Shown here one piece after another: positions 63,743-64,000 of a DNA stretch of 64,000 nucleotides; the stretch's first letter is position 1, and the number at the start of each line of letters is the position of its first letter. The position numbers and the translations under genes are program-made. The notes under the pieces are model-generated. The model saw only the letters and a program-made list of their open reading frames with translations, was not told the DNA's origin and ran no database searches. The DNA lies in NCBI RefSeq assembly GCF_006345805.1, contig NC_043024.1, positions 11,594,001-11,658,000 of the forward strand, given 5' to 3'. This DNA comes from Octopus sinensis. Lineage: Eukaryota.

Positions 63743-64000
63743 GGACGTAGTCAGCCCACCTGTGCATACCTTCCTTCTTGTGACACTTGTGAAGACCTGT
63801 TGAGGCAAGTGAAAATCAAAATCAAAATCAAAATCAAATCAAAACAAATCAAAATAGATGAACATTAATGGAATTTGTATCTTTGTGGTACCAGTGCCGG
63901 TGGCACACAAGAAAACCATCCGAACGTGGCCGTAGCCAGTACCGCATCGACTGGCCTCCATGCTGTGGGCACGTAACAAACACCATCCGATCGTGGCCGT
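63741..64000 (+). mobile_element. RTE LINE 3' UTR copy, inverted relative to 61081-63055
   Basis: Reverse complement of about 61420-61680. Confidence 0.8.

Overview
AT-rich, repeat-dense animal genomic DNA, most likely an octopus (inferred from the recurring tRNA-derived SINE families and (TA)n/(CAT)n microsatellites; not verified by search). Two spliced genes converge tail-to-tail. On the + strand is the 3' part of ICE2/NARG2 (Little Elongation Complex subunit 2): 8 coding exons from <1 to 18390, the first carrying a 24-bp/8-aa tandem repeat. On the - strand is a complete progranulin (GRN): 6 coding exons from 48373 to 19887, about 372 aa, with a signal peptide and four granulin modules (one with 10 Cys). 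A candidate non-coding GRN exon 1 and a CpG-rich promoter lie at about 59.5-59.9 kb. The ORF track misses most of this structure; nearly all of its long ORFs are repeat artefacts. The introns hold several SINE families, CR1/RTE/R4-like LINE remnants, mariner, hAT, piggyBac and Helentron-like MITEs, and several tandem arrays. The most striking unannotated signal is a set of AT-flanked fold-back elements with minimal type I hammerhead-ribozyme motifs in at least four distinct sequence families. One is a tandem pair 467 nt apart, sense in an ICE2 intron. There is also a Penelope-like GIY-YIG ORF that can be restored by removing one SINE and one 5-bp duplication.
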